From a virus, in the IMG/VR virus record IMGVR_UViG_3300023184_000090, positions 10,996 through 74,995 of that record: DNA of 64,000 nucleotides; one strand, given 5' to 3'. The notes beneath the pieces were generated by a model. It had not been told where the DNA came from, did not search any database, and was given only the letters and a program-made list of their open reading frames with translations. A program made the translations under genes and the position numbers. This document shows positions 1 to 9,398 of this stretch, piece by piece (positions within the stretch are counted from its first letter, which is position 1; every line of letters begins with the position of its first letter).

Positions 1-1224
1 AATGCACTCAGCGGTTATGTGGCGCTTGAGCAAGTGCGTGTGAATGGTGTCGATGGTGCTACGAAACAGCGCAAAGATAAGTACCTTGCGGTCGGTCTCT
101 TCCAAGATTTCTTCAAGCACACCCAAGCGCGGCGCGGAATCAAACTCAACCACTTCCTTCTCGTCTGTGTAGGCCGCACCACAACTGATTTGAAGCAGCT
201 TGCTTAACGCTGCTGCCGCGTTGACTGCGGTGATCGTCTCGCCTGCGGCTTGCACAAGCATGCGGTCTTTGAGGAGGTTGTAGTACTTGGCTTGCTGCGG
301 AGTCAGCGGCACTTCGCGTGTGGTGGTCAGCACAGGCGGTAGGTCTAAGCACTGCGCTTTGGTATAGCGTATGGCGGGTTGCAATGCTTCGTGTACCAGA
401 TCGGGGGCGTTGGCTTTCGGTGCCCACTTGTACATGGTGACTTTGTTCATCACCATATCGCGCCATCCTGTGTACAGGCGGGGGATTCCATCGGGGTTGA
501 CAATTTTGGCCAGCCCGTATGCGTCAGCAGGAGACTGAGACGCTGGTGTGCCTGTCATCATCCACACATGTGTGTCGGCCCTGAGTATGGACTTGAGCGC
601 CTTCCAGCGCTTAGTGGTCACGGTCTTGTACGCGTTGGCCTCGTCCACGATCACCAGATCAAAGCGCCCGTCATTGACGATCTCAGACGCAATCAGATTT
701 AACCCATCGTAGTTGGCAATTACGAATTCGTAATCTTGCTGAATCATCTCAATGCGGCGGCTAGCCTGCGCGTGGTGCGCGATGATGGCAGAGCGATGGA
801 TGACGCTGCTGTTCAGGTCTGCCAACCATGCGGACTGCATGATGGATAGTGGGCACAGCACCAACACCCGTCGAATGTCTCCGCGCTGCATCAAGTAGTC
901 TGCTGCCCATAGTGCGGATAGCGTCTTGCCTGTGCCGGGTTCGGAGAACACAAACGCTTTGCGGTGCATGGTCAAAAACGCAGAGGTCTCTTTCTGGTGC
1001 GCCATGGGTTTGTACCTACCGGGCCAAGCGTAGCGCCGCATGATGGGCGAAGGCACGTCTTTGACGCCAAGGTTCTTCAACACACGCGCTTCATCCAACC
1101 CCCAGAAGACTGCAACATCAAAGCCGCCATCAGCGCGAGGCATGATTTTGGACTTGGGGATGATGCTGTACTTCTGAGGGTTTCGTGTGCTAAACAGTAG
1201 TGCTTTGTCTTCTATGATTTGCAT
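1..1224 (-). CDS. SNF2-family helicase, N-terminal part, runs off the left edge (second phage)
   Basis: Not in the ORF track. Manual translation from ATG 1224 gives MQIIEDKALL...FSEPGTGKT (Walker A)...LVIVDEAN (Walker B)...MMTGTP (motif III), open to position 1. Confidence 0.9.
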   Translation of the reverse strand, partial: MQIIEDKALLFSTRNPQKYSIIPKSKIMPRADGGFDVAVFWGLDEARVLKNLGVKDVPSPIMRRYAWPGRYKPMAHQKETSAFLTMHRKAFVFSEPGTGKTLSALWAADYLMQRGDIRRVLVLCPLSIMQSAWLADLNSSVIHRSAIIAHHAQASRRIEMIQQDYEFVIANYDGLNLIASEIVNDGRFDLVIVDEANAYKTVTTKRWKALKSILRADTHVWMMTGTPASQSPADAYGLAKIVNPDGIPRLYTGWRDMVMNKVTMYKWAPKANAPDLVHEALQPAIRYTKAQCLDLPPVLTTTREVPLTPQQAKYYNLLKDRMLVQAAGETITAVNAAAALSKLLQISCGAAYTDEKEVVEFDSAPRLGVLEEILEETDRKVLIFALFRSTIDTIHTHLLKRHITAECI

Positions 1225-1237
1225 TTGCTTCTCGGGT

Positions 1238-1348
1238 TTATTTTTTTCCTAACGCCAACGCTTGTTCCCAAACGAATTTGGCTACGTTGTAGCCGATGAG
1301 CTGTTGCTCTGCGACCGTTATGGTTCGCCACCATTCCTCGAATGTCAT
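1238..1348 (-). CDS. small hypothetical protein
   Basis: MTFEEWW...; same GAGAAGCAAATG RBS/start context as the helicase at 1224. Confidence 0.55.
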   Translation of the reverse strand: MTFEEWWRTITVAEQQLIGYNVAKFVWEQALALGKK

Positions 1349-1361
1349 TTGCTTCTCCCGG

Positions 1362-1622
1362 TTATTTAACTGAGTGGTTTTTTGTCCTGTCAAAAGTGCG
1401 GTTTGCTGATGCGGGTTTAACTCGGAGGTTGCTACGCACCGTCTTGCCGCCTTTGTCCACAGGCTTCTTGTGATCGACATCCATGCCATCGCCCTTGTGC
1501 ACTAAGCCTTCTTTCATCAGCATAGCGCGGGCTTTGTTTCGCTCGGCCCGCTTCTTGATGACATCTGGTTTCTGCGCATATGCGGGATAGGTGTCGCGGT
1601 CTTTGGGGTTTTTGTAAGGCAT
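1362..1622 (-). CDS. HNH endonuclease-like protein
   Basis: KGDGMDVDHKKP..KGG....NLRV....NR HNH-like motif. Confidence 0.7.
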   Translation of the reverse strand: MPYKNPKDRDTYPAYAQKPDVIKKRAERNKARAMLMKEGLVHKGDGMDVDHKKPVDKGGKTVRSNLRVKPASANRTFDRTKNHSVK

Positions 1623-1633
1623 GAATGTTCCTT

Positions 1634-2299
1634 TCAATGTTTCGGGTTGTATTCACAGGTTTTCACAGGACACCACGGGCACAAGCCAGAGGACTTGGGG
1701 TTCCAGGTATTTGAAGCGAAGCACGCTTCAAGTCTGGCTACGCGCTCACGGTAATTCCACCACTCAGCATCCGCCTCTTCCACGGCCATGCTGTGCTTGA
1801 CCATATCATTTTTCACCACAAATAACAACGCCGAACTGACCTTGCGTATGTGGGGGAAGTGCTTGAACACCATGAGGGACATGAGCTTTAGCTGGTCACG
1901 ATCTGGGTATTTGTTGTTGCCTGTTTTGTAGTCAACTACCCGCGCTGTAAGGTTGTCGTCATCAATGATGAGCAAGTCCGCAATGCCCCTGACCCACCTG
2001 CCCTTGTTGTTGAAGTCACACGGTTGCAAGTCCGGGGTGATGCCCATCTCGTACTCGCACAGCTTCCTGCCCGGCATGGCCATCAACACATCAAGCGCTC
2101 CCTTGGCGTAGTCAAACTCAGGGGGCAGGGGTACGCCATCTCGAATGTAGACCTCCGCCGCTGTGTGAAAGCTTGTGCCGTAGCGTGTTGCCTCAGTCTC
2201 CTGAAATGGGAAGTTGTTGAGCACATTTACCTCATGGTATCTGCGGGGGCATCCCTCAAAGTTTTTAAGAGCGCTGTGGCTCCACGTTACAGGTTTCAT
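1634..2299 (-). CDS. Cas4-like PD-(D/E)XK exonuclease (second phage)
   Basis: WSHS...CPRRY, GIADL, VDYKTG, C-terminal CPWCP..C. Confidence 0.85.
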   Translation of the reverse strand: MKPVTWSHSALKNFEGCPRRYHEVNVLNNFPFQETEATRYGTSFHTAAEVYIRDGVPLPPEFDYAKGALDVLMAMPGRKLCEYEMGITPDLQPCDFNNKGRWVRGIADLLIIDDDNLTARVVDYKTGNNKYPDRDQLKLMSLMVFKHFPHIRKVSSALLFVVKNDMVKHSMAVEEADAEWWNYRERVARLEACFASNTWNPKSSGLCPWCPVKTCEYNPKH

Positions 2300-2607
2300 T
2301 AGAACTTCGCGCTTTCTATGGCTATGGCAAGTCGGGCAGCAAAACCTTCTACAAAGTCTTCTCGGCTGTTGAGTTTGTGTTCACGCATGTCCTCAAGGAT
2401 GGCGTGCACCAGCTCATGCCAGAAAGTTTCTTTGACCGAATCAGATGAGAACTTACGTCCTGTTCGGTTGTTTCGCAAACCAATCTTTATTTTCTGTTCG
2501 GGGTAGTGAACGCGCCCCATGTCGTCTTTGTCCTTCATGGCCTCGACAACCTCGACGCTGTACCACTTGTCCCCCACCTTTACTTTCTTTGGTAGTGTTA
2601 TTTCCAT
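2299..2607 (-). CDS. small HExxH metallopeptidase-like protein
   Basis: FWHELVHAIL motif followed by EDFVE. Confidence 0.6.
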   Translation of the reverse strand: MEITLPKKVKVGDKWYSVEVVEAMKDKDDMGRVHYPEQKIKIGLRNNRTGRKFSSDSVKETFWHELVHAILEDMREHKLNSREDFVEGFAARLAIAIESAKF

Positions 2608-4575
2608 TTAGTTCTTTGCTTCTCCATATCTACGGTGAGCACCACCGTCAGCGGACAAGGGAATACCGGGCATGTAGCGCGGCTCCATAGTCATTTGCTC
2701 CAAGACCCAAGTCTTGGCTTCTTCCACCTCACTGTCGGGCACGAGCGCAATCAACTCATCGTGCACCGTTCCAACCACGGGGTATCTTTTACCAACCCGC
2801 AGCATTCCGTCTGTCATTACCACCCGCGCCAAAGCTTGGGTCACATTGTTCGTTATCTTTCCAGCATACAACTTGGTAGCGTCTGGCCCGTATACCCACT
2901 GGCTCCTACCTTTTTCGTCTTTGACTTCACGCAGATCGGGATAGCGCAAGCACATCCCGTTTGGCAATTCTATTTCACCCTGCCTGAATGTCAAGCACTT
3001 GTAGGTGTGTTCTTTGCCGTTGACCAAAGCCGACACCAACAGGCTGGAACACATATCCCAGAATGAGACAACAGGATACGCCGTGGCACGGTATATATCA
3101 ATGATGCGTTTGGCTGCAATGGCATGGTGCACCAACTCCGAGTAGGTGCATGTGTGCGGGATATCCCTTAGTTTGATCTCTGTTTCAGACCACTCCAAGA
3201 ACCGCTCGGCCATGTCCTTGTTGACGTTCAACGCTTTAGAGAACGCCCTCTCGTAGCGAACTGGGGGAGCCCCAAGGAACCCCGTAAGAAGCTGTGACGC
3301 GAACGATGACCAGCCCAGCCCATAGCCGCAGCCCAGTAACGCGCTCTTCGCAGATTGCCGCAGGTCAGGATGAGACTCTTTAGTAAGGCCGGGTATGTTG
3401 AACATCTGACTTCCGAATGCCGCGTAAGGGTCACCTCCAGCCCGGAAGATGTTGAGCATATCGTCGTAGTCAGCCAGCCACGCGAGTACTCGCGGCTCAA
3501 TCTGCGAGAGGTCGCCAACGACGAGTTGGTAGCCATCGGGAGCCATAATCGCTTTACGTAAGAACGACTTTCGCTTGAGGTTTTGCATGTTGATGGCGGA
3601 CCCCTTAGCTGCCGTCCATCGCCCAGTCTGAGCACCGTAGTACGAAAGCGGAACCGGGAGCGCACCTCGTTGACTGATGTCAAGGAAGCGCTGCGCTCTT
3701 GTCCGTTCGGTTGTTGACTTGACCTTGAGACGTGCTTCACAAAGGAGCGCAACATCTTCGTTTGCACCATTGAGGAGGGCTTGGAAGAGCGCATCGTCTT
3801 TTGCCAGGGCAAGCGTTTGCTTACCCGTGGTCTTACTGATTTTTGTCGGGGGTGTAACGCCAAGGTTTGTAAGAATCTGCGCAAACTTAGGGTTTGACGC
3901 CAGCTCAGACTCATTGATGTTAAGACGTTGTAGTAGCGCTTCACGTATGTTTCCTTCCTCTGTTAATGCTTGTATCAACATCTTCTGGTCAAGCTGCAAC
4001 ACTGGGCGTGTGTACATCTTGAGCGTCATGTCAATAAGGTGTAGTTCCGATCTAGGGTAGCCCGCCGAGAGTCTTTCGAATATTTGTTCGCAGAGATATA
4101 CGTCGTGCTGACAATACTCAGCAAGTTCTCTTTCTGTCTCAGGCTCAAGGACGGCCAGTCCATCGGTACTATGTACGGCTCTCCCTTTGGGGGGAAGACC
4201 AAAATCTCCTGCCAGTTTGGCGAGGGAATTGCCAACCTCCACGCCGCGTAAAGCTCGTGCCATTGATAGGGTATCAAAGATGAAGACGGGGTGGCAGTTG
4301 TATCGCCACTCAAGAATGGAAATATCGAATTGGGCGTTATGTGCAAGCACGGCGGTTCGTCCCCAGTCGATGCCAGAAAAGTACTCAGATAAATCTGATC
4401 CTCTAACCCATTCAATCGGCTCGTCGCTTCCGAACTCATGTGTACAGGCTCCGAAAGCCACGAACTTATTGTCACGTATGTACTCCTCGGTTGTCATCTT
4501 GGACAGCGTGTAGTCCTTGCTACTCCATCTTGTTTCAAAGTCGATGCTCAGTATTCTGTCGAATGGTTTACTCAA
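2608..4575 (-). CDS. polA: family A DNA polymerase with 3'-5' exonuclease (second phage; Leu at the position equivalent to E. coli Pol I F762)
   Basis: ExoI DFET, ExoII HNAQFD, TGRW, motif A DLSQIEPR, motif B RQSAKSALLGCGYG, motif C VHDE. Confidence 0.95.
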   Translation of the reverse strand: MSKPFDRILSIDFETRWSSKDYTLSKMTTEEYIRDNKFVAFGACTHEFGSDEPIEWVRGSDLSEYFSGIDWGRTAVLAHNAQFDISILEWRYNCHPVFIFDTLSMARALRGVEVGNSLAKLAGDFGLPPKGRAVHSTDGLAVLEPETERELAEYCQHDVYLCEQIFERLSAGYPRSELHLIDMTLKMYTRPVLQLDQKMLIQALTEEGNIREALLQRLNINESELASNPKFAQILTNLGVTPPTKISKTTGKQTLALAKDDALFQALLNGANEDVALLCEARLKVKSTTERTRAQRFLDISQRGALPVPLSYYGAQTGRWTAAKGSAINMQNLKRKSFLRKAIMAPDGYQLVVGDLSQIEPRVLAWLADYDDMLNIFRAGGDPYAAFGSQMFNIPGLTKESHPDLRQSAKSALLGCGYGLGWSSFASQLLTGFLGAPPVRYERAFSKALNVNKDMAERFLEWSETEIKLRDIPHTCTYSELVHHAIAAKRIIDIYRATAYPVVSFWDMCSSLLVSALVNGKEHTYKCLTFRQGEIELPNGMCLRYPDLREVKDEKGRSQWVYGPDATKLYAGKITNNVTQALARVVMTDGMLRVGKRYPVVGTVHDELIALVPDSEVEEAKTWVLEQMTMEPRYMPGIPLSADGGAHRRYGEAKN

Positions 4576-4847
4576 TTCATGGCCTCTTTGGGTGGTGCTT
4601 CACGCATGTTGATGTAGTTAAAGAAGTTGTCCGCTGCCAGCAGCAGCGTGGCGGCATCCATCTCGTTGCAGTTGACCGTGACCACGCTGGCGCTCTCATC
4701 GGTCAGGTCGCCCAGCACAATGACAGCAGCGTGCTTGTCCTCGGCGTAGCACTGGAGCAGTGAGTACACCAGCATTTTGAAATGGTCCTTCTGGGCATCG
4801 GTCATAGATGCCACGCGGCGTTCTATGTCCTCTTGTGTTATTCGCAT
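4572..4847 (-). CDS. hypothetical protein
   Basis: 91-aa ORF tightly overlapping both neighbours. Confidence 0.65.
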   Translation of the reverse strand: MRITQEDIERRVASMTDAQKDHFKMLVYSLLQCYAEDKHAAVIVLGDLTDESASVVTVNCNEMDAATLLLAADNFFNYINMREAPPKEAMN

Positions 4848-5137
4848 AGCAGTTCCTTTAAAGTTTGTTTTACCAATTCAATGTTCTCCTCGTTGATAAC
4901 CAGCGCCGTCCCCCCGGCCTGCTGTATCTTGGCCAACTCCATGTCTTGCAGCGCGGTGGTCTTGCCTTTGCCCGCCTTGCACTCGATGGCGATGAACGTG
5001 CCGAAGTAACAGCAGATGATGTCTGGTATGCCCGCCCTGCCCATGCCGTTTTGCACAGGCGAGAAGTGGTACACCGCGTTGTCGTCAAGCAGCCGCTTGA
5101 CTGCCTTCTTCACTTTGGCTTCGGGGGTCATGGCCAT
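4838..5137 (-). CDS. VRR-NUC nuclease / resolvase (second phage)
   Basis: TPEAKVK...GIPDII...AIECK..KGKTTALQ. Confidence 0.85.
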   Translation of the reverse strand: MAMTPEAKVKKAVKRLLDDNAVYHFSPVQNGMGRAGIPDIICCYFGTFIAIECKAGKGKTTALQDMELAKIQQAGGTALVINEENIELVKQTLKELLCE

Positions 5138-5303
5138 TTTGTTTCCTTCGCTTCTTAAAAAAGTATTTGACTACTTCATAGTCTACGCCGAATCGTTCGG
5201 CAATGGCCCTCATTGACATGCCCTGCTCACGCAACACCAATGCTCGGCGTGCATCAATCAGTGTGGGTTTGCGCCCACTCCCCGGTCTTGCGCCCCCTTT
5301 CAT
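5085..5303 (-). CDS. small HTH DNA-binding protein
   Basis: GGARPGSGRKP AT-hook-like start plus GMSMRAIAERFGV helix-turn-helix. Confidence 0.65.
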   Translation of the reverse strand: MKGGARPGSGRKPTLIDARRALVLREQGMSMRAIAERFGVDYEVVKYFFKKRRKQNGHDPRSQSEEGSQAAA

Positions 5304-5423
5304 GTGTTCTCCTTGAATTGATAATCTTTAAAGACGGTTCCCCTGCTTGCATCGCCTTTCCAGCATTCGTTTACCCATCCCCGCTTGCCTGACTTGTAAG
5401 TACGCCAATGTCCACGAACCTGA
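5297..5423. repeat. exact direct repeat, copy 1 (copy 2 at 63874-64000)
   Basis: 127 identical bases from ctttcatgtgttctcc to cacgaacctga; offset 58,577. Confidence 0.97.
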
Positions 5424-5965
5424 TGACGGCGTGGTGTTGCGTGGGTTCCGCCTTGATAATCATTTTTTGGTTTAGGCGATTCAATTTCCACTGTATTCCA
5501 GTCAAAACTTAAAGCGGGTTTGCCTTTTGATTGACGCTTTTGATTGATAAATGTGCGCTTTGGTGTGGGGCGATAACCCTGCGATTGATGAGCAAGTTTT
5601 ATCAACACTGCAAGCACCATTCGGTGGACAGGTTTAATATCTTCAAGGGTTATTTCTTTGTCCTTCTGATAAATTCTGAAGCCTTCTCCGGTAGAAACAT
5701 AAGCATATGGAGAAAAGTATTTGCCGCCATGCCACATGGAGCAACCGCCCACAGTTATTGAATCATCGCCCCTTAAAAGCCAAAGAGCAAAGTCTTTTCC
5801 TTGCGTATCCAAGCCAACAATTCCCGTTCTTTTTGAAGGTAAATTCATCAAAAAATCTGCGGGAACTTTTGTGTCAAGTACAGGCTCCATTTGCCCAACA
5901 TCAAACCACAAAGCAGTTTCTGGCTCAGGCGCAAACTTTACGGCCTTGCAAACCAATGGAGTCAT
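5300..5965 (-). CDS. conserved phage hypothetical protein
   Basis: 221-aa ORF with basic C-terminal GGTHATPRRHQVRGHWR motif; its 3' end recurs at the window end. Confidence 0.8.
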   Translation of the reverse strand: MTPLVCKAVKFAPEPETALWFDVGQMEPVLDTKVPADFLMNLPSKRTGIVGLDTQGKDFALWLLRGDDSITVGGCSMWHGGKYFSPYAYVSTGEGFRIYQKDKEITLEDIKPVHRMVLAVLIKLAHQSQGYRPTPKRTFINQKRQSKGKPALSFDWNTVEIESPKPKNDYQGGTHATPRRHQVRGHWRTYKSGKRGWVNECWKGDASRGTVFKDYQFKENT

Positions 5966-6090
5966 TGCGGATTCTCCTCGTCATCAAAAGACATTTCAGG
6001 TGGATGTGAAATGTCATCATGGACAATAACGCCAAACTCATTTGCCAGCAAAAATCTGCCGCACACTATGCAGTAATAACCTTCTGTCAT
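5962..6090 (-). CDS. small CxxC protein
   Basis: MTEGYYCIVCGRFL..., ATGA overlaps at both ends, RBS GGAG. Confidence 0.55.
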   Translation of the reverse strand: MTEGYYCIVCGRFLLANEFGVIVHDDISHPPEMSFDDEENPQ

Positions 6091-6551
6091 GTGTTCTTCT
6101 CCTCGGCGTAGCCGTTCTTTTGCTTGAGTTTGGCTTCAATGGCTCTAACGCATTTCAATCCAGTTGGTGTCCAAGGGTATTCACCTGCACATTCGTGCAT
6201 CTCCTCATCCGTCAGCCCTACCCATGTGCGCTGTGGTGGGTGGGTGTAGAGAGGTTCAACCCAACCTTTATGGTTTGGGTTTCTTTTATTCCAAACATCT
6301 GCGTAAGTTTCGTTGTCCTCATAAGAACAATAAAAATACAAACCCTCACCATCAAATGTGCGCCACGCCACAGGCTCTTGCTCTGCATAAGCCTCCTTGT
6401 ACAAGCCCAGCCGTTCATTTTCATTGTGCAAGGCTTGAAGTGCTTTCTCTTGTGCCAATCGTGCGTTGAGTCTCGCAACCTCACCTTCCAAACCCCTTAT
6501 GACAATCTTGAATGCATTGGCTTCGCAGTGTTTTTCACAAGTGTCAGTCAT
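6087..6551 (-). CDS. mosaic early hypothetical protein
   Basis: QEPVAW...PLYTHPPQRTWVGLTDEE...AIEAKLK..KNT, a typical phage early-gene mosaic. Confidence 0.7.
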   Translation of the reverse strand: MTDTCEKHCEANAFKIVIRGLEGEVARLNARLAQEKALQALHNENERLGLYKEAYAEQEPVAWRTFDGEGLYFYCSYEDNETYADVWNKRNPNHKGWVEPLYTHPPQRTWVGLTDEEMHECAGEYPWTPTGLKCVRAIEAKLKQKNGYAEEKNT

Positions 6552-6700
6552 GCTTGTTCTCCTCTGGTTGTTGTGGAAAAGTTGATGTAACAAATCGCAC
6601 AGCACTGTCTCCGTCTTGAATCAGCACCGTTACTGTTGCCGCTTGCAAATTTTTGCCATAAACCAACCTCAAGCTTTCCCAAAGTTTTTGCATTTCATCT

Positions 6701-6913
6701 TTAGTCATGCTTCACCACCCATACAGCAGTGCCGCCAGTAAATTCAAATTCATCAAATTTCAGCCTGATGTACTGTTGTCCCGGCACACCAGCAGATTGG
6801 ACATAGCCTTGAATTCCAAAGCTCTTTAGCTCTGTCACCACTACCATGCAAGCACCGAACGTTTCCTTGGTTGGTGTAACCTGCACAATGTCTCCAACTT
6901 TTAAGTCTTTCAT
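6701..6913 (-). CDS. small SH3/KOW-like hypothetical protein
   Basis: LKVGDIVQV start; coupled to neighbours. Confidence 0.6.
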   Translation of the reverse strand: MKDLKVGDIVQVTPTKETFGACMVVVTELKSFGIQGYVQSAGVPGQQYIRLKFDEFEFTGGTAVWVVKHD

Positions 6914-7122
6914 GCTTGTTCCATTTCTCTAATAGCGGCGGCGCATTGGTCACGCACATCAATTTCCTGTTGCATTGGTAAGCTCTCGCACAGCTTTGCA
7001 CACGCCTCACGCTCCTCGGCGGCTATAGTTCCCAACTGACCACGCAAATTGGCAACCGTAAGCAACAGGGAATCCCTTGCCATTTTCATTCGGTCAAACT
7101 CAATTTCTTCATCTTGTGTCAT
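6910..7122 (-). CDS. hypothetical protein
   Basis: EREACAKLCE...CAAAIR motif common in phage early genes. Confidence 0.65.
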   Translation of the reverse strand: MTQDEEIEFDRMKMARDSLLLTVANLRGQLGTIAAEEREACAKLCESLPMQQEIDVRDQCAAAIREMEQA

Positions 7123-7382
7123 CGCTTCATTCCTCTCACAAATGACGCAAAGCTTTGCACTGTGTCCCGACCGAACGGCATGGTGAACTTGGTCTCCAAC
7201 TCCACAGCCACTTCTTCCAAAGCAAAATTGCGCTTGCGGTTGTTCGCATTATCAATGTCGGCAAAGTCCTGCTCAATTCGTTGTATTTGCCTCTTACGGT
7301 TTAGTGAACGCACGATTTCTTGTCGTACTGATGACATGCGCTCGATGTCATTAAACGCTTCATCTTCTGGGTTATCTATCAT
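7119..7382 (-). CDS. hypothetical protein
   Basis: MIDNPEDEAF...FGRDTVQSFASFVRGMK; ATGA overlap with next gene. Confidence 0.6.
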   Translation of the reverse strand: MIDNPEDEAFNDIERMSSVRQEIVRSLNRKRQIQRIEQDFADIDNANNRKRNFALEEVAVELETKFTMPFGRDTVQSFASFVRGMKR

Positions 7383-7643
7383 TGCGATCTCTTTCATCCA
7401 TCCAAAACCACAGTTCAGCCAATGCATACAGTATCAATCCAGCTATTGCTATGCATAGACTACCAAGCAAGAAGATTGTGACCACAGTTTCAGTCATCCT
7501 TCTTCTCCTTCTTATCCTCCAACAAGTCAATCAACGTGCTCAAAGGTACATTGTTGCCGAACTTTTTTTGAATAACTGCAATCTCATGCATAATGAAATT
7601 ACAGCCTGATTCAAAGCCTTTGATGTACTCATTCATCTCAGTC

Positions 7644-7931
7644 TCAGGATACATGCTTCACCCCTAGGTACCGCTTGGCTTTTTCTGTTGGCACACACAT
7701 CCGGCTACGCTCGTCTTCACGGTTCACTTGTGTCTTAACATAGCCATGCTCTTTAAGCCAGGCCAGGTTGTTGTGAACAGTCGAGTGCGATGCAATGCCT
7801 TCGCCTACTGCAATGTGTGCAAGGTCCATGACAGTCATGATCTTCTTATCAATGATCATGTCAAGCATTACCTCGGACACCGGCGTCATGCCAGCCTGTT
7901 TTCGCTTTTTGAACCAGTAAAGTGGTCGCAT
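7644..7931 (-). CDS. MarR-like winged-helix protein
   Basis: STVHNNLAWLKEHGYV....EDERSR...TEKA wHTH pattern. Confidence 0.6.
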   Translation of the reverse strand: MRPLYWFKKRKQAGMTPVSEVMLDMIIDKKIMTVMDLAHIAVGEGIASHSTVHNNLAWLKEHGYVKTQVNREDERSRMCVPTEKAKRYLGVKHVS

Positions 7932-8158
7932 TATTTTCTTCCTTGTGCCAAAATTGTGCAGATTGCCGTTGCTGCATGACCTTCTACACCATCTAGCGCA
8001 CAAGCCACAACCATGGGATCAGCGCCATTGGACACGGCTTTCTCCCATTTATCGCGCTTGCCATGGGCATTGATGGTGAGAGACACTATCAGCGCTATGA
8101 AGAACGCCAACACCATGCCCCAAATGCAAACCCAAAATTTTTGGACACTATCCATCAT
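7931..8158 (-). CDS. small membrane protein
   Basis: N-terminal hydrophobic helix FWVCIWGMVLAFFIALIVSLTI. Confidence 0.6.
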   Translation of the reverse strand: MMDSVQKFWVCIWGMVLAFFIALIVSLTINAHGKRDKWEKAVSNGADPMVVACALDGVEGHAATAICTILAQGRK

Positions 8159-8445
8159 GCTACTCCTTCTTCATACGTAATTGCTTGCAATTTGCTGATA
8201 CGGTCCGCGATAGAGATCATTGTCTTTTGGTACTCGGCCATGAGTTTCTTCTTTTCTTTTTCCAAGGCGGCAATTTGCTTGAGGCGAGGATCGAAGCTGT
8301 CAGGGATCTCTATTTCTATCTCTTGACTGCAAACGTGAACGCGATAATCGGTATCATCCATCTTGTGTGTGTACACAACGAATTCGGGCTTTTCTTCCCA
8401 TTGATACTGTGACTGATGAATGTGAATGGTGTGTTTAGTTTTCAT
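8155..8445 (-). CDS. hypothetical protein
   Basis: RBS GGAGA; MKTKHTIH... with C-terminal coiled coil. Confidence 0.65.
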   Translation of the reverse strand: MKTKHTIHIHQSQYQWEEKPEFVVYTHKMDDTDYRVHVCSQEIEIEIPDSFDPRLKQIAALEKEKKKLMAEYQKTMISIADRISKLQAITYEEGVA

Positions 8446-8577
8446 TAGGTTCTCCAAATTAAAATGTCGAGGGCTACAACAATGATACCAACAAGGCAAA
8501 CTATGCGAGCAACCTTGTCGGCAACGGTTAAATTGGCAACATGTATTTCTACACTGATGCCGTCGTCTACTACTACC

Positions 8578-8835
8578 TTACGCACTGAAGTCTTCCAACA
8601 TGGCGCGGTGGTGCTTTTTCAACTGGACCAGGATGTCGTGCTGGTCTTTTACTGACAACTCATAAGTTACATCGGTACCTGCAGGCTCGTCTTCAAAGGC
8701 CTCGGTTGTGTAAGCAAACCAGTCATACGTTTCACCAAGGCCAACGGATGCATCTTCATCGAAGTAGTCGTACTCCACCAGCAAATAGCCATAGTCAAGT
8801 GAGCTAACTTCTGTTTTGTAGGTCATGTTCTTCAT
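8578..8835 (-). CDS. acidic hypothetical protein
   Basis: MKNMTYKTE..., D/E-rich. Confidence 0.55.
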   Translation of the reverse strand: MKNMTYKTEVSSLDYGYLLVEYDYFDEDASVGLGETYDWFAYTTEAFEDEPAGTDVTYELSVKDQHDILVQLKKHHRAMLEDFSA

Positions 8836-8846
8836 GGTGGTTCCGA

Positions 8847-9206
8847 TCAGAGTGAAGTTACGCGGCATGCAAGGGAAGCGGATGTCTTGGTGTGCTTGTC
8901 AATAATGTCTTTTTGGAGATCAATGCCAGCAGCTGCAAGTGCCTCTTTAAACTTAACCAATGCATCGAGTTCTTGGAGCACCGCCTCGTAGTTAACAAAG
9001 GGGCGTTGTGAAAGGCTGACAGAAGCTTTGTAGAACTGGCCGTTGTGCTTGCCTTCGCCTTGGTTCTTGATTTCATCCTTCAGGACTTCGACTTGGTTGT
9101 CCAAGGCTGTCTTATCTGCCAACATGAAACCGAGGCGGTCTACATTGGACAGAGTGCTAATGTTTACTTGTGTTTTCAAACCGGTTTGTGTGTTTAGTAC
9201 TTCCAT
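8847..9206 (-). CDS. hypothetical protein, first gene of the leftward early operon
   Basis: RBS AAGGA upstream of ATG 9206, immediately downstream of the promoter motif. Confidence 0.7.
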   Translation of the reverse strand: MEVLNTQTGLKTQVNISTLSNVDRLGFMLADKTALDNQVEVLKDEIKNQGEGKHNGQFYKASVSLSQRPFVNYEAVLQELDALVKFKEALAAAGIDLQKDIIDKHTKTSASLACRVTSL

Positions 9207-9233
9207 TTTCAGATCCTTTGAGTTTAGTAGTTA

Positions 9234-9283
9234 GTGTGCCTAAGCACAGTTGCACTATACCATGTTTTAGCATTAGTACAATA
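9234..9283 (-). promoter_or_regulatory. leftward promoter with extended -10 TGGTATAGT
   Basis: Minus strand reads TTGTACT-AATGCTAAAACATGG-TATAGT-GCAACTG; the core AAAACATGGTATAGTGCAACTG is identical to the promoter at 56245-56266. Confidence 0.75.
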
Positions 9284-9305
9284 AATTAAAAATATTTTAT
9301 TTTTT

Positions 9306-9340
9306 GTGTTTACTTTGTAGAAACCTAGTATAGTACACAC
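9306..9340 (+). promoter_or_regulatory. rightward promoter of the same family (divergent pair)
   Basis: GTGTTTACTTT-GTAGAAACCTAG-TATAGT preceded by an AT-rich UP-like tract. Confidence 0.65.
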
Positions 9341-9398
9341 TGTGGTAACACACAAACATCTTAAATTCTTAACTTCACCATTCACAAAGGAGCCTCAC

